A stretch of 64,000 nucleotides of DNA from Octopus sinensis (lineage: Eukaryota). The DNA is taken from positions 13,206,001 to 13,270,000 of the forward strand of contig NC_043020.1 of assembly GCF_006345805.1 (NCBI RefSeq), given 5' to 3'. This document shows positions 63,255 to 64,000 of this stretch, piece by piece (positions within the stretch are counted from its first letter, which is position 1; each line of letters starts with the position of its first letter). Below the pieces are notes generated by a model that saw only the letters and a program-made list of their open reading frames with translations, did no database searches and was not told where the DNA came from. Position numbers and translations under genes: made by a program.

Positions 63255-63465
63255 CGCAAACTGGCAGAATTGTTAACATGCCGGGCAAAATGCTTTGCAG
63301 TATTTCATCTGCTGTTATGTTCTGAGTTCAAATTCCACCGAGGTCGACTTTGCCTCTCATCCTTTCAGGATCAATAAATTAAATATCAGTGAAATACTTG
63401 GGTCGATGAAATTGACACATCCCCTTCCCCAAAATGGTTGCCCTTGTGGAAAAATTTGAAACCAC
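63255..63465 (+). mobile_element. SINE family B with alternative tail
   Basis: Head, central domain, CCCCTTCCCCAAAA..CCTTGTG tail. Confidence 0.82.
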
Positions 63466-63499
<34 letters not shown>

Positions 63500-64000
63500 G
63501 AGTGAGAGAGCAGTTCATGCCATCAAAGTGACACTGGGGTAAAATATACGAAGCCCAATATACCCATCACGACTACCCGTCTGATAAAGGTACACCAGGC
63601 ACATGCATCACAACCATATGTGCGCGACATGGTGATCTCATATCAAGATAAACAGCACATGACCTTGCAGGTGGGGCCCAGTTAGAATTTTCTTCAGGTT
63701 GAGTAGCCCATCCCGCTCAAACGGTCCCTGAATAAGGGTTGTTTAAGGATGTTGAAAGAACCACCCATGTTTCCAGAGGTGAACTATTCAAACCCCAAAG
63801 AATCCCTCTCAACACATGGCTATGATGCTCCCCCACTACTTCTGCTCGTGATCAGAGATGCACATATCGTCAGCCACTAAGGGACATGCTCAACTGGTTA
63901 AGGTCAAACAACTGACAAGCAAATCTGTGGTATTGAGCAGAATATTTGCTGTAGCCCATCTTTTATACCAAGACAAAACAATGTACATGATAACACTTCC
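63500..64000 (-). mobile_element. Unclassified interspersed repeat with (TAA)n tail, runs off the window
   Basis: GC-richer non-coding block abutting (TTA)n at 63468-63499; resembles a recalled high-copy octopus repeat, not verified. Confidence 0.45.

Overview
AT-rich, repeat-saturated animal DNA, very probably octopus (inferred from the recurring SINE families and long (TA)n/(TATG)n, (CAT)n and (TAA)n tracts; not confirmed by search). I find no convincing host protein-coding exon, tRNA gene, rRNA or CRISPR array, so this looks intronic or intergenic. Almost all listed ORFs are translations of microsatellites or SINEs. Content: about 60 SINE copies in four families (my labels A-D). Decayed LINE fragments of RTE, R4/Dong-like and CR1/L2-like type. 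One reconstructable Tc1 element with a nested SINE, a hAT MITE and a ~450-bp inverted duplication. A tandemly amplified mariner-like transposase fragment, plus non-autonomous Helitrons and piggyBac-type and other MITEs. Most interesting: (1) several minimal type I hammerhead ribozyme motifs of Penelope type, one directly downstream of a tRNA-derived Pol III head (38630-38893); (2) a LINE 3' end matching the tail of the dominant SINE (56637-56865); (3) flip/flop isomers of a Helitron terminal palindrome; (4) a template-switch-type inverted duplication.
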